Positions 46,324-58,032 of a stretch of 64,000 bases of DNA are shown here, piece after piece. The DNA comes from an uncultured Gemmatimonadales bacterium (GTDB lineage Bacteria; Gemmatimonadota; Gemmatimonadetes; Longimicrobiales; RSA9), in NCBI GenBank assembly GCA_963708135.1, contig OY970192.1:3520001-3584000 (forward strand), in the 5' to 3' direction. Position numbers and translations under genes: made by a program. The notes below the pieces were generated by a model. That model was not told the origin of the DNA. It searched no databases and was given only the letters and a program-made list of their open reading frames with translations. How positions within the stretch are numbered: position 1 is the first letter of the stretch; every line of letters begins with the position of its first letter.

Positions 46324-47694
46324 CTACCGGACCGGGAGTCCCTGGAACACTGCCTTCCCCACCACCACGCGGGTGCCACGCCCGCCGCCGGAGCGCGCCG
46401 GCTCGATCTCGGTCCAGGCGGCGAAGGCGCGGCCGCCGTAGGCATCGACGCCGGTGTAGTCGCCGATGAACTCGCCGCCGCCATGGAACGCGTTGGCGCT
46501 CCACTCCGTGTGCTGGAAGGTCCGGCCGCCATCGGTGGACCACGAGAGCCGGTACGTCATGGTCATGTCGGGCGTGCTCCGGTAATAGCCCACGGCCAGC
46601 AGTCCGGTGGTCGGATCCAGGCCCATCCAGGCGAAGAAGTGGTCGTCGCTCCGGTCGCCATCGACGGCGCCCGGCGCCGACCAGGTGGCGCCGCCGTCGT
46701 CGGAGGCGGCGAGGAAGACGGCGGTCGGGCCGAGGCGGCCGTCGATCCACTCGACGAAGAGCCGCCCGGTGGCGGGATCGATCTCGAGGCTCGGGTAGCC
46801 GTTGGAGCGGGAGATACCCGGGACCCCGAAGACGATGTCCGGGGTGGAGGCCACGAGGACGTCGCCTCCGAAGCTCGCGCCGGCATCGGTCGAGCGGTCG
46901 AGCCGGATCCCGGTCGAGTCGCTCCAGACGACGTAGACGGTGCCATCGGGGCCGACGGCGATGTCGGTCCCCTCGTCGGCGCCGACGCTGTCCTTCGGGC
47001 TGCCAGGGCGGTCGCTGATCTCGAGCGGCGCGGAGAAGGAGAGTCCGCCGTCGGTGGAGCGGGCAAAGAGGATGACGGACTCGTGGCGACGGAACTCGGT
47101 CCAGGCGACGTAGACGTTGCCGCGCCGGCCGGGCTGGCTCGAGCGGTCAATGCCGAGCATCGGCTTGTCCTCGAACGGGATTCCCGGCTGCTCGGGCTGG
47201 TAGATGACGGGCGCGGGCTGGCCGCGCCAGGTGACGCCGCCATCGTCGGAGCGGTTCAGGAAGATGCCGTTCCGGTGCGCCTTCGCGCCCAGCGTGTCGT
47301 AGTCCTGGGGACGATCGAAGGCGATGTAGAGCGCGTACGCGTGGCCGTCCGCGTCGAAGCTCACCGCCGGGTCACCGGCAAGCTCGAAGGCCTCTACGGC
47401 CGGCAGCGCCGCGGTGCGCCAGGTGACGCCGCCGTCCGAGGACGCCGCGACACTGGCCGGGATCTGCCAGGACGCGATCACGTGGTCCGGGTGCGTCGGG
47501 TCGATCGCGATCGAAGTCTCGTCCTTGTAGCCGTAGGGCGTGATCGGCACGGTGGACAGCACCGGGCTGCCGGCAGCGTCGGGCGGCTCGGGCGGCCCCG
47601 ACGGCCGCTCCGGATCTCTGCTGCAGGTGGCGAGCCCCACGCCGGCCAGCGCTGCGGTGAAAATCAGACGAATCGCGAGCAGGAGCGCCTCCAT
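46324..47694 (-). CDS. Sialidase-family (BNR/Asp-box) propeller lipoprotein
   Basis: Lipobox-like GLATC; ETSIAIDP, SxDGGxxW repeats, GDP, EDKP, FIGDY. Confidence 0.8.
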   Translation of the reverse strand: MEALLLAIRLIFTAALAGVGLATCSRDPERPSGPPEPPDAAGSPVLSTVPITPYGYKDETSIAIDPTHPDHVIASWQIPASVAASSDGGVTWRTAALPAVEAFELAGDPAVSFDADGHAYALYIAFDRPQDYDTLGAKAHRNGIFLNRSDDGGVTWRGQPAPVIYQPEQPGIPFEDKPMLGIDRSSQPGRRGNVYVAWTEFRRHESVILFARSTDGGLSFSAPLEISDRPGSPKDSVGADEGTDIAVGPDGTVYVVWSDSTGIRLDRSTDAGASFGGDVLVASTPDIVFGVPGISRSNGYPSLEIDPATGRLFVEWIDGRLGPTAVFLAASDDGGATWSAPGAVDGDRSDDHFFAWMGLDPTTGLLAVGYYRSTPDMTMTYRLSWSTDGGRTFQHTEWSANAFHGGGEFIGDYTGVDAYGGRAFAAWTEIEPARSGGGRGTRVVVGKAVFQGLPVR

Positions 47695-47966
47695 GGTCGG
47701 GCAAGGCCGCCGCGTCATCCCGCACGCGGCGGCCTCCTGGGTGCACGGGCGGTTTCGGACCGGGAAGACTAGGCCGCACGCGAAGGGCGCGCCAGCGGCG
47801 GCGGCGGGGGCGGGGGTGCCGGGCGCCGGAGAGCGGGAGAGGGGGAGAGTGGGTGCACCGCCGGGCGGGTCACCTCGCCGGGCCACGGAGACTCCGGCCC
47901 AGGCGGCCGCCGGGAGCCTGCCGCTACGCCGGCTTCCCGGGCCACGAGCGTTCACGGCCCGCGCAG

Positions 47967-48075
47967 GAAGGTGCGGCGCCGGAAACGCCGCGAGGGCCCG
48001 GGCACGGGAGTCCGCGGCGAAGGTGCGGCGCCGGAGATCCCGCGAGGCCCGGGCACGGGAGTCCGCGGCGAAGGT
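47967..48075. repeat. Intergenic tandem repeat, two 51-52-bp units plus a partial third
   Basis: GAAGGTGCGGCGCCGGA-N6-GCGAGG(G)CCCGGGCACGGGAGTCCGCGGC at 47967 and 48019; GAAGGT again at 48070. Confidence 0.9.
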
Positions 48076-48142
48076 CGCCCGGTCTCCCACTCTCCCACTC
48101 TGGGGTGAGCGGTGAGCGGGAGAGGGGCCGGGACCGCGTCGG

Positions 48143-51100
48143 CTACTGCCGCTTGTGCTGCGAGTCTCCGGGCGCCGCCTTCAGGGCGGCGGCGGCGGGG
48201 CGCTTCACGCGAATCGGGTCGGCCGGCTGCGGCAGCAGCTTGAACGGGTGCTCCTGGAGCAGCTTCATGGCGGCGGCCACGGCGGCCTCGAGCTGGAGGT
48301 CGTGGCCCGCGGCCATGGCGGCGGAGGTCTGCTCGACCTCTATGTCGGGGGTGACGCCCTTGTTCTCCACATCCCACTGGTCGTCGAGGTTGTAGAACCC
48401 GCCGCGCGGGGAGGTGATGGAGCCGCCGTCCATGAGCGGGGGCGCATCCCAGAATGCCGACGAGGCCGCCCCAGGTGCGGGTGCCGACCAGCGGCCCGAT
48501 CTTCATCTCCTTGTACATGTAGGGCAGCAGGTCTCCGCCGGAGCCGGACATCTCGTTGGCGATCATGACCTTGGGCCCCCAGATGCCGGCGCCCGGCGAG
48601 GTCCACGGCCGCTTCTGGCCGACGGGGTTGTTGAAGTAGCCGTGCAGCTTGCGGTCGAGCACGTCGATGATGTAGTCCGCGGCCTGCCCGCCGTGGTTGA
48701 AACGCTCGTCGATGACGGCGCCGGGGCGGTCCTGCTGCGCGAAGTAGTAGCGGTTGAAGTAGGTGTAGCCGCCGCCGGCGGTGTTGGGGAGCCAGACGTA
48801 GGCGAGCTGGCCGTGGGAGAGCGAGTCCACCACGGCGCGGTTGTGCTCGACCCAGGCGCGCGAGCGGAGCGCGGCCTCGTTGGGGACCGGGACGACGTTG
48901 ATCGTCCAGGAGCCGGCCATGGTCGGCTTGCTGTTCACGCGCAGCTCGGTCTGGCGGCCGGCCGTGCCCTCGAAGGCGCTGTACGGGTTGGTCGGCGCGG
49001 CGAGCGGCTCGCCGTTGACGGCCAGGATGTAGTCGCCCTCGGAGACCTTGACGCCGGGCTCGCTCAGCGGCGCGTGCAGCTCGGGGTTCCAGTTCTCGCC
49101 GGTGTAGATATGGGCGATGCGATAGAGGCCGTTCGCGACCTCGAGGTCGGCGCCAAGGAGCCCGATCGGCACGCGCTCCGGCTCCGGGTGGTCGCCATCC
49201 CCGACGAACGAGTGGCCGACGCTGAGCTCGCCGCCGAGCATGTCGGTCAGGTACGTCAGGTCGGAGCGATAGCGGACGTCGTCCACGAGCGGCGCGTACA
49301 TCTTGTAGACGGCGTCCCAGTCGGCGCCGTGCAGGTTCTTGACGTAGAAGTAGTCGCGCTCGATGCGCCATGCCTCGCGGAAGATCTGGTGCCACTCCTC
49401 CTGCGGCACGATGCGGGCGCGCAGCGACTCGACGGCGAGCTTGCCGTCTCCGGGCTTGGCGGGGCCCTTGTCGGCATCGACCACGAACCACGCGCCGGGG
49501 CGGGCGCCGAACTGCGCCGGCCCCGGCCGCGGCGCGGCGTAGAGCAGCTTCTTGCCGTCGGCCGAGATGGCGTAGGCGGCCACGGCCGGGACGATCTCCT
49601 CCGCCTTGCGCTTCTTCAGGTCGTAGCGGTGCAGCACGTCACCCGGCTTGTTCTGGACGCCCTCGCGCCAGAACACCTGGCCGGCCACGCCCGCGCGTAG
49701 CTCGGAGTAGTCCCGCAGCGGGACGGGCAGCGCGAGGATGCGCTGCGAGATGCCGGCGAAGTCGATGCGCACGGGGGGCGCCGGCCGCTTCGCCGCCGCA
49801 CCGGCATCCTTCGCTCCGCCCTTCGCTCCGCCCTTCGCGGCGGCCTCCTTGCCGGCGGGCTTTTCCTCGCCGGCACCGGCGGCGGCCGCGTCGCCTGCCT
49901 TCTCCTCGTCGGACTCGGGCAGGAGCGGCGAGGGCGCGTCCTTCGAGAGGACGGCGAAGTAGACGCCGCGGCGGACCGGGTGGTCGTCGCTGCTCATGTC
50001 GAGCCAGCCGGAGTTCAGGCCGAAGTCCGTGCTGGCCAGGAAGTAGAGGTACTTGCCGGAGGCGTCCCAGGCGGGTGAAACGGCGTCGGACATTCCGTCG
50101 GTGAGCTGGGTGGACCTGCCGGTCTCGGTGTCGTAGACGACGATCGCGTGGTACTGCGTGTTCAGCCGCCTGGCGAAGGCAATGAAGCGCGAGTCGGGGG
50201 ACCAGACGGGGTCCATGGTGCGCTCGGGCGGGGAGAAGCCGTCCTGATCCGCCTTCGTCGCCTTGCCACTGGCGACGTCCACGACCCAGAGGTTGAGGTC
50301 GGCGTCGGTGAAGAGCACCTTCTTCGAGTCTGGCGACCAGGCCAGCGTATAGTAGAAGGTCGGGTGCGGCAGCGAGATGGCGCGCGGCTTCTCGAGGCCG
50401 TCCTGATCGCCGATCATGAGCTGGTACTCTCCGCTCGCGTCGGAGAACCAGGCGATCTGCTTGCCGTCCGGCGCCCACGCGGGCTCGCGGTCCCGCGTGC
50501 CCGAGGAGTGGGTGAGGTTCCGCCAGTCCCCCTTGTCGGTGGGGACGGTGAACACGTCACCGCGCGCGCCGAACAGGGCGCGCACGCCGGTGGGCGAGAG
50601 CGCGGCGCTCGCGATGTCGTCGGCCACGCCCTCCCAGTGCGGCATGGCCCAGGGGAAGTCCCCGCGCACGACAATGTCGACCGGCGCATCCTTGCCCGTG
50701 GCCGGGTCGTACAGGTGGATCCGGCCGGCCTGCTCGTAGACGACGACACCGCCGCCGCCGCCGAGCGTCTGCACGTCGAACTTCGTATGATGCGTGACCT
50801 GCGTGAGCTTGCCCGCGTCGGTGTCGTACGCCCACACGTTGCCGGCGAAGTCGCGGTCGGAGATGAAGTAGACGGTGTGGCCGATCCAGACGGGCTGCTG
50901 GTCGCGGCTGTTCGCCCACGGCTGGAGCTTCTGGACGGAGTCCGTCTTCACGTCCATGACGAAGATCGGCCGGTTCTGCCCGCCGCGGTAGTTGCGGAAC
51001 TGCTGCTCCCACGGGTTGATCGGCTGGTAGGCGATGCGCGCACCGTCGGGCGAATAGGACGCCGCCTCGCCGCGCCACATCGGGAGCAGCTCGGGCATCC

Positions 51101-51545
51101 CGCCGTCCACGGAGACGGTCCAGAGCCGGTCGTAGGTGTCGGGCGCGCTCACGCGCGAGGAGGCGAAGACCACGCGCCTGCCATCCGGCGTCCAGCCCCG
51201 CGCCTGATCCGCGCCGGGGTGCCACGTCAGGCGACGCGGCGTGCCGCCCTCCGCCGCCACCACGTAGACGTCCGTGTTGCCGCCGTACTGCGCCGTGAAG
51301 GCGACCCACTTGCCATCGGGCGAGAAGTGCGGATCCGACTCCTGCCCCTCGAAGCTGGTCAGCCGGCGCGCCTCGCCGCCCGCGCGGGGGACGGCCCAGA
51401 TGTCGTTCGCGTAGGCGAAGGCGATCTCGGTGGCGCTGGAGGTCGGCTGGCGCAGCAGCCGCGTGGGCTGCGGGGCCTGCGCGCGGACGGGTCCGGGGAC
51501 GAGTGCGGCCGCGGCGAGTAGCGCGGCGGCGAGGACGCGTTTCAT
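48143..51545 (-). CDS. Tricorn-like S41 protease with a 1-nt frameshift at 48453/48454
   Basis: Signal peptide, propeller repeats (FSPDGKWVAF, WSPDS), PDZ, IDERFNHGG, SGSGGD, GTRTWGGLVGI. The C-terminus (MDGGSITSP...VENKGVTPDIEV...DLQLE) is in ORF 48143-48433. Confidence 0.9.
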
Positions 51546-51728
51546 GGGGGCGAGCTCCGCCTAGGGGGAGAGACCGTACGGTTGAGAGGCGCGGGTGATG
51601 GGGGGACCCGCGCCTGAGGGAAATTGGAGCGGGTCGGGCCGCGGCGCAAGCGGGCGCGGGGGACGCGGGGTGCGGGATGCGGGCAGGCGGGCAGACGGAT
51701 CCGCCGGGCGGCGCTAGATTGGTAGGCC

Positions 51729-52274
51729 ATGCGGATCGTGGCGGGGAAGTGGGCGGGGCGGGACCTGGTCTCGCCGGCGGACCGGCGGGTGCGCCCGACG
51801 GCGGAGCACGTGCGGGACGCGCTGCTCGGCCGGCTCGCGGGCGTGCTGCCGGACGCGCGCGTGCTCGACCTCTTCGCGGGCACCGGGGCACTCGGGCTGG
51901 AGGCGCTATCGCGCGGCGCGGCGTCGGCGGACTTCGTGGAGACGCGGCCTGCCAGCCTGCACGCGCTGAAAGCGAACATCGCGGCGCTGCGCCTGCGCGA
52001 GCGGACGCGGGTCTTCAAGCGGGACGCGATTCCCTTCGCGGCGGCGCTCCCGGCCGGCCGCTACGACATCGCGTTCGCGGACCCGCCGTACGGCTCGCGC
52101 ATGGCGGACCGGGTGATCGAGAGCTGGCGGGCGCGGCGCTTCGCCACGCTGCTGGTGGTGGAGCACGCGCGCGGCCAGGCGCTGCCGCCCGGCGGCCGGA
52201 CAGAGACCTTCGAGGACACGGCGGTCACGGTGTACGGGCGGGCGGCCTCGCGCGCCCGCGGCCGCCGGGTCTGA
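51729..52274 (+). CDS. rsmD: 16S rRNA m2G966 methyltransferase
   Basis: MRIVAGKWAGR, VRPT, VLDLFAGTGALGLEALSRGA, ADPPY, VVEH. Confidence 0.92.
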   Translation: MRIVAGKWAGRDLVSPADRRVRPTAEHVRDALLGRLAGVLPDARVLDLFAGTGALGLEALSRGAASADFVETRPASLHALKANIAALRLRERTRVFKRDAIPFAAALPAGRYDIAFADPPYGSRMADRVIESWRARRFATLLVVEHARGQALPPGGRTETFEDTAVTVYGRAASRARGRRV

Positions 52275-52308
52275 ACGATTCCGATAGCGGACCTTCAGCG
52301 GAGCAGCC

Positions 52309-54627
52309 ATGGTCTTCGACGCGCCCACCCTGGCCGTGCTGGCGGCGCTCCTGCTCGGCGGAGGGCCGGGGCCGAGCGGCACGTACAGCGGCCGTGCGAA
52401 CGAGACGAGCGTGGCGATCCCGCACCTCGCGGCCGAGGTGCGCGTGGACGGCTCGCTCGCGGAGGCGGTATGGGGGGGGGCGGCGCTGCTCACGGGCTTC
52501 TCGGAGTACACGCCGGTGGACGGGCAGCCGGCGCAGGACTCGACCGAGGTGTTGACGTGGTACGACGACCACGCGATCTACTTCGGGATCCGCGCCTTCG
52601 AGCCGCACGGCGCGGTGCACGCCACGCTGGCGGACCGGGACCGCATCGACGGCGACGACTGGGTGCGCGTGCTGCTGGACACCTTCCACGATGCCCGGCG
52701 GGCGATGGTCTTCGGGGTCAATCCGCTGGGCGTGCAGATGGATGGCGTGCTGAGCGAGGGCGGCCGGAACGGCGGGCTGGACCTGAGCCCGGACTTCGTC
52801 TTCGCGTCGAAGGGGCACGTGACCGCGTGGGGCTACGAGGTCGAGGTGCGGATCCCGTTCAAGAGCCTGCGCTACCCGGCCGTCCCCACGCAGGATTGGG
52901 GCATCCAGATCCTGCGCCGGCCGCAGCACTCCGGGCACCAGCAGAGCTGGACGGCCGCCCGGCAGGGCGCCGCGTCGTTCCTGGCCCAGAGCGGCACCCT
53001 CGTGGGGCTCACCGGGCTGCGACGGGGGCTCGTGCTGGACGTGAACCCCGTGGTCACCAGCCGCACGACCGGCGCGCCCGCCCCGGAGGGCTGGAGCTAC
53101 GACGGCGGCGCGCCGGAGTTCGGCGCCAACGTGCGCTGGGGGGTGACCACGAACCTGACGCTGAACGGGACGGTGAACCCGGACTTCTCGCAGGTCGAGG
53201 CCGATGCCGGGCAACTCGTCTTCGACCCCCGCGAGGCCCTCTACTTCCCCGAGAAGCGGCCGTTCTTCCTGGACGGGAGCGAGCAGTTCGACACGCCCAG
53301 CCAGCTCATCTACACCCGCCGGATCGTGGCGCCCGTGGCCGCGACCAAGCTCTCCGGCAAGATCTCCGGCACCGAGCTCGGGCTGCTCGCGGCCGTGGAC
53401 GACCGCGCATACTCGCTCGACGGCGCCACCCCCCTCTACACACTGCTGCGCGTGCGCCGCGACGTGGGCGCCGGCTCGACCGCCGGGCTCGTCTACACCG
53501 ACCGCATGGACGGCGCGGACGACAACCGCGTCGTCGGCGCAGATGCCCGCTTCGTCTTCGGGAAGCTGTACGCCCTCTCGGTCGAGGCCGCCGAGAGCTT
53601 CGACCGCACCGCCGGCACCTCCACCGCGGCGCCCCTGTGGAAGCTCGGCTTCGACCGCACCGGGCGCGCCTTCGGCGTGGGCTACCGACTCGAGGGGATT
53701 CACCAGGACTTCAACGCCGCCGCCGGCTACATCCCGCGTGCCGGCATCGTCCATACCCTGCTCTCGCCCCACTACACCACCTACGGCGCGCCCGGCAGCG
53801 CCATCGAGACCTGGGGTAACAGCGTCTCCGTCGACCTCACCTGGGACTACGCCGCCTTCACCGCCGGGCGCCACGCCGGCGACATGAAGCTGCACCTGAA
53901 CAGCAACCTCCAGCTGCGCGGCGGCTGGCGCTCGGGGCTCGCCGCATTCATCGAGTCCTTCGCATACCCGGCCGCCCTCTACTCCAACTACTACATCGCG
54001 CTGCCCGGACCCGCCGGGACCGACACCGTGCCCTTCACCGGCTCGCCGCGCATCCCGAACCTCGACTTCATGTGGACCTTCGGCACCCCCACCTGGAAGA
54101 CCTTCGACCTCAGCGGCTTCGCCATCCTCGGCCGCGATGAGAACTTCTTCGAGTGGGCGCCCGCCTACATCGCCTTCCTCAGCGCCTCCGCCGACTGGCG
54201 GCCGACCGACCGCATCCGCGTGCAGACCAGCTATCTGCACGAGCAGTTCGTCCGCGCCAGCGACCGCACCACCGTCGGCGTCACGCAGATCCCACGCGTC
54301 AAGCTCGAGTACCAGCTCTCCCGCCCCGTCTTCCTGCGCTTCGTCGGCCAGTACGTCTCCGATCGCAGCGCCGCGCTCCGCGACGACTCGCGCACCTTCG
54401 CCCCGATCCTCATCCGCGGCCCCGACGGCGGCTTCACGCCCGCCGCCGCCGCGGCCACGAACGGCTTCCGCGCCGACTGGCTCTTTTCCTTCCAGCCGAC
54501 GCCCGGTACCGTCCTCTTCGCCGGCTACGGCAGCAGCCTCGCCGACGCGAGTGCGTTCGGCTTCCGCGACCTCCGCCGCACCGCCGACGGCTTCTTCGTG
54601 AAGCTCAGCTACCTGTTCCGCATGTAG
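52309..54627 (+). CDS. DUF5916-type protein (CBM9-like N-domain plus probable outer-membrane beta-barrel)
   Basis: [49 protein letters not shown]-terminal FFVKLSYLF. Confidence 0.8.
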   Translation: MVFDAPTLAVLAALLLGGGPGPSGTYSGRANETSVAIPHLAAEVRVDGSLAEAVWGGAALLTGFSEYTPVDGQPAQDSTEVLTWYDDHAIYFGIRAFEPHGAVHATLADRDRIDGDDWVRVLLDTFHDARRAMVFGVNPLGVQMDGVLSEGGRNGGLDLSPDFVFASKGHVTAWGYEVEVRIPFKSLRYPAVPTQDWGIQILRRPQHSGHQQSWTAARQGAASFLAQSGTLVGLTGLRRGLVLDVNPVVTSRTTGAPAPEGWSYDGGAPEFGANVRWGVTTNLTLNGTVNPDFSQVEADAGQLVFDPREALYFPEKRPFFLDGSEQFDTPSQLIYTRRIVAPVAATKLSGKISGTELGLLAAVDDRAYSLDGATPLYTLLRVRRDVGAGSTAGLVYTDRMDGADDNRVVGADARFVFGKLYALSVEAAESFDRTAGTSTAAPLWKLGFDRTGRAFGVGYRLEGIHQDFNAAAGYIPRAGIVHTLLSPHYTTYGAPGSAIETWGNSVSVDLTWDYAAFTAGRHAGDMKLHLNSNLQLRGGWRSGLAAFIESFAYPAALYSNYYIALPGPAGTDTVPFTGSPRIPNLDFMWTFGTPTWKTFDLSGFAILGRDENFFEWAPAYIAFLSASADWRPTDRIRVQTSYLHEQFVRASDRTTVGVTQIPRVKLEYQLSRPVFLRFVGQYVSDRSAALRDDSRTFAPILIRGPDGGFTPAAAAATNGFRADWLFSFQPTPGTVLFAGYGSSLADASAFGFRDLRRTADGFFVKLSYLFRM

Positions 54628-54776
54628 CGCAAGCCGCACCAGAGCAACGCGTTACAAGCGATCTGGACCGCCTCCGCGGGGTGTGGTGCCCGACCTTGTG
54701 GCGCGGGCGTCGCGGCGATACCGTGTCGGCGGCGCGCGCACCCCGCGGCGCCGGACCCCCACGCCCCCGAGGAGCA

Positions 54777-56975
54777 ATGACGCGCAACGTCCGCTTCGAC
54801 AGCCTGGCCGCCGTGAAGAGCTGGATCCCGCCGGAGGAGACACCGGCTGGAGGGGACCGTCGGCGGAGCGCGGAGAGCGTGGAGCAGCTCTTTGGGGCGA
54901 ATACGTTCGGGCTGGCGGAGATGCGGGCGCGGCTGCCGAAGGAGTCGTACCGGGCCTTGCTGTCAACGATCGAGACGGGGGCGGAGCTGGACCCGGCGGT
55001 GGCGGAGTCGGTGGCGATCGCCATGAAGGAATGGGCGATGGAGAAGGGGGCGACGCACTACACGCACTGGTTCCAGCCGCTCACGGGGCTGACGGCGGAG
55101 AAGCACGACTCGTTCATCACGCCGAACCGGGGGGGCGGTGCGGTGGCGGAGTTCAGCGGCAGCGCGCTGATCCAGGGGGAGCCGGACGCATCGTCGTTTC
55201 CGTCGGGCGGTCTCCGGGCGACGTTCGAGGCGCGCGGGTACACGGCGTGGGACCCGACGTCGCCTGCGTTCGTGGTGAACGCGGAGGGCGGCGCGACGTA
55301 CCTGGCGATCCCGACGGCGTTCCTCTCGTGGACGGGGGATGCGCTGGACACGAAGATCCCGCTGCTGCGCTCGATGCACGCGCTCGACCAGCAGGCGCAG
55401 CGGGCGCTGGCGCTGTTCGGGACCGAGCGGGAGCGGGTGACGGCGACGCTGGGCCCGGAGCAGGAGTATTTCCTGATCGACCAGGAGTTCTTCTACCGGC
55501 GGCCGGACCTGGTGCTGACGGGGCGGACGCTGTTCGGCGCGCAGCCGCCGCGCGGACAGGAGCTCGAGGACCATTACTTCGGCTCGATCCCGGACCGGGT
55601 GCTGGCGTTCATGAACGAGGTGGAGCGGGAGCTGTACCGGCTGGGGGTGCCGGTGAAGACGCGGCACAACGAGGTGGCGCCGGGGCAGTTCGAGATGGCG
55701 CCGATCTACGAGAACGCGAACCTGGCCGCGGACCACCAGCAGCTGATGATGCTGGAGCTGCGCAACGCGGCGCGGAAGTACGGCCTGGTGGCGTTGCTGC
55801 ACGAGAAGCCGTTCGCGGGGGTGAACGGCAGCGGCAAGCACCTGAACTGGTCGTTCGGCACGGGCTCCGCCAACCTGCTCGAGCCGGGCGAGACGCCGCA
55901 CGAGAACATGCAGTTCCTCTTCTTCTGCACGGCGGTGCTGCGGGCGGTGGAGCGACACCAGGACCTGCTGCGCGCGGCGGTCGCCTTCGCGGGCAACGAC
56001 CACCGGCTGGGCGCGAACGAGGCGCCGCCGGCGATCATCTCGGTGTTCGTGGGCGAGCAGCTGCAGGACGTGTTCGAGCAGATCGAGCGTGCCGGGCGGG
56101 CGGAGACGAGCAAGCAGGGCGGGCTGCTGGGTCTGGGGACGACGACGCTGCCGCATCTGCCGCGACACGCGGGCGACCGCAACCGCACTTCGCCGTTCGC
56201 GTTCACGGGCAACAAGTTCGAGTTCCGTGCGCTGGGGGCCTCGCAGAGCATCTCCTTCCCCGCCACGGTGCTGAACACGATCGTGGCGGAGGCGATCGAC
56301 GAGCTGTGCGACGCGCTCGAGAAGGAGATGGAGGGCGGCACGGCCCTGGAGGAGTCCATGCGCGCGCTGCTGGCGCGCGAGATCCCGAAGGTCAAGCGCA
56401 TCATCTTCAACGGCGACGGCTACAGCGAGGCGTGGCACCGGGAGGCGGCCGAGCGCGGGCTGCTGAACCTGCCCACCACCCTCGACGCGCTGCCGTACCT
56501 GACGAACGAGAAGAACGCGGCGCTGTTCGAGCGCTACAGCGTGCTGAGCCGGCGCGAGCTGGAGTCGCGGGCGGAGATCTCGTACGACCAGTACTTCAAG
56601 ACGGTCAACATCGAGGGCGAGGCCACGGCGGAGCTGGCGAGCACGATGGTGCTGCCCGCGGCCGTCCGCTACGTCCACGAGCTCGGCCGCGCCGGCGCGG
56701 ACGCGCGCGGCGCCGGGGTGGAGTCGCGCGGGATCCAGCGGCGGCTGGAGGAGGTCGTCGCGCTGGTGGACGAGCTCTCGGACAAGCTCGCGCACCTCGT
56801 GGCGCAGAACGCCGAGCTCGGCGGCGACGCCGTGCACGACAAGGCGCATCACATGCGCGACAACATCATCCCGGCCATGGACGGGGTGCGCTCCGCCGTT
56901 GACCGGCTCGAGCGGGTGCTGCCCGAGGACCTCTGGCCGCTGCCCCGCTACCGGGACATGCTGTTCGTGAAATAG
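54777..56975 (+). CDS. glnA: Glutamine synthetase type III
   Basis: [99 protein letters not shown] after GAGGAG. Confidence 0.96.
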   Translation: MTRNVRFDSLAAVKSWIPPEETPAGGDRRRSAESVEQLFGANTFGLAEMRARLPKESYRALLSTIETGAELDPAVAESVAIAMKEWAMEKGATHYTHWFQPLTGLTAEKHDSFITPNRGGGAVAEFSGSALIQGEPDASSFPSGGLRATFEARGYTAWDPTSPAFVVNAEGGATYLAIPTAFLSWTGDALDTKIPLLRSMHALDQQAQRALALFGTERERVTATLGPEQEYFLIDQEFFYRRPDLVLTGRTLFGAQPPRGQELEDHYFGSIPDRVLAFMNEVERELYRLGVPVKTRHNEVAPGQFEMAPIYENANLAADHQQLMMLELRNAARKYGLVALLHEKPFAGVNGSGKHLNWSFGTGSANLLEPGETPHENMQFLFFCTAVLRAVERHQDLLRAAVAFAGNDHRLGANEAPPAIISVFVGEQLQDVFEQIERAGRAETSKQGGLLGLGTTTLPHLPRHAGDRNRTSPFAFTGNKFEFRALGASQSISFPATVLNTIVAEAIDELCDALEKEMEGGTALEESMRALLAREIPKVKRIIFNGDGYSEAWHREAAERGLLNLPTTLDALPYLTNEKNAALFERYSVLSRRELESRAEISYDQYFKTVNIEGEATAELASTMVLPAAVRYVHELGRAGADARGAGVESRGIQRRLEEVVALVDELSDKLAHLVAQNAELGGDAVHDKAHHMRDNIIPAMDGVRSAVDRLERVLPEDLWPLPRYRDMLFVK

Positions 56976-56979
56976 GAGC

Positions 56980-57795
56980 ATGCGCTCACGTGAACGACGC
57001 AGGCACGGGAGGCGACGCGGGCTGCGGCCCCTGTCGCTCCTCGCTGTCGCCGTCGTCGCATTTCCGGGTTCGGTTCGCGCGCAGGGCATCCTGAACGCGG
57101 AGCAGTACCAGCCGAAGGACGTGTCGGGCTTCCACTTCGGGCTGGATGCCAGGGGCAGCCTGGTGCGCGGCAACGCACGCGTGCTCGACCTGGGCGGCAC
57201 GGGCATCATCGGCTATCGCGCGCCGACGCAGTGGATCCGCATGATCGTGGGCGCGAGCTACCTGCGCACATCGGGCAGCGGGATCGTCAACGACCGCTTC
57301 GCCCACCTCCGCTACAACTACGATCTCACGCCGCGGCTCCGGACCTTCCACTTCGTGCAGGTGCAGGCGAACAAGTCGCTCCAGCTCTCCGACCGCGAGC
57401 TCGTGGGGAGCGGCCTGCGCGCGACGGTGCTCACCGGCAAGGCGGGCTCGCTCGACGTGGGGCTCGGCGCGATGCTGGAGCTGGAGCGGCTGAACGCCGA
57501 TGCACGCGCGGCGGGCGCGCCGGCACGAACGACCGACTGGCGCATGGCGGACCTGGCGGTGGCCACGGTGCGGCTCGGGACCGGGGCCTCGCTCCAGGAC
57601 GTCGCCTACGTCCAGCCGCGGCTGGACGCCTTCTCCGACATCCGCGTCCTGGACAACCTGAACCTGCTCGTCCCGCTCACCGACAACGTGAAGCTCACGG
57701 TGTCCGGTGAGTGGCGCCACGACAGCCGCCCGCCCGCGGCGGTCCTTCCCGACGACTTCTCGCTCAAGACGGGCATCTCGATCCTGGTGCCGTAG
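56980..57795 (+). CDS. DUF481/YdiY-like outer-membrane beta-barrel protein
   Basis: Signal peptide ending VRA-Q, ILN.E, HLRYNY, YVQP, HDSRPP, amphipathic strands. Confidence 0.7.
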   Translation: MRSRERRRHGRRRGLRPLSLLAVAVVAFPGSVRAQGILNAEQYQPKDVSGFHFGLDARGSLVRGNARVLDLGGTGIIGYRAPTQWIRMIVGASYLRTSGSGIVNDRFAHLRYNYDLTPRLRTFHFVQVQANKSLQLSDRELVGSGLRATVLTGKAGSLDVGLGAMLELERLNADARAAGAPARTTDWRMADLAVATVRLGTGASLQDVAYVQPRLDAFSDIRVLDNLNLLVPLTDNVKLTVSGEWRHDSRPPAAVLPDDFSLKTGISILVP

Positions 57796-58032
57796 ACTCG
57801 CCTGCCGGGGCCAGTCCCGGGGGGGCGGGTTCGCCTGGCACGCGGCAGGTCCGGACCGAGCCCGTCAGATCTCCGATTCGCCACGCGCCGGGGGAGAACC
57901 CACGCCTCGACGGCACGCGTCATGAATCCCCGCCTCGGGCGCTCCATCAATAGAGAATCGCCTTATCGGCAACGGGCCGGCGGGTGGAGCGGCGCGTGGC
58001 CCCGGTGCCGGCCGGTTACAGCGGAGACATCG

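Noticed and set aside
47967..48075. Possible mini-CRISPR array
   Set aside because: Units abut with only about 6 variable bases; no unique spacers and no cas genes.
48440..48460. Programmed frameshift in the tricorn gene
   Set aside because: No slippery heptamer or stimulatory element; a single indel explains it.
49808..49838. 12-bp tandem repeat in the tricorn gene (AKGG units)
   Set aside because: Low-complexity linker; ordinary slippage.
52472..52480. G9 tract in the DUF5916 gene (and C9 at 24152-24160 in pstS) as phase-variation switches
   Set aside because: Both are in frame and encode Gly runs; no evidence of length variation without reads.
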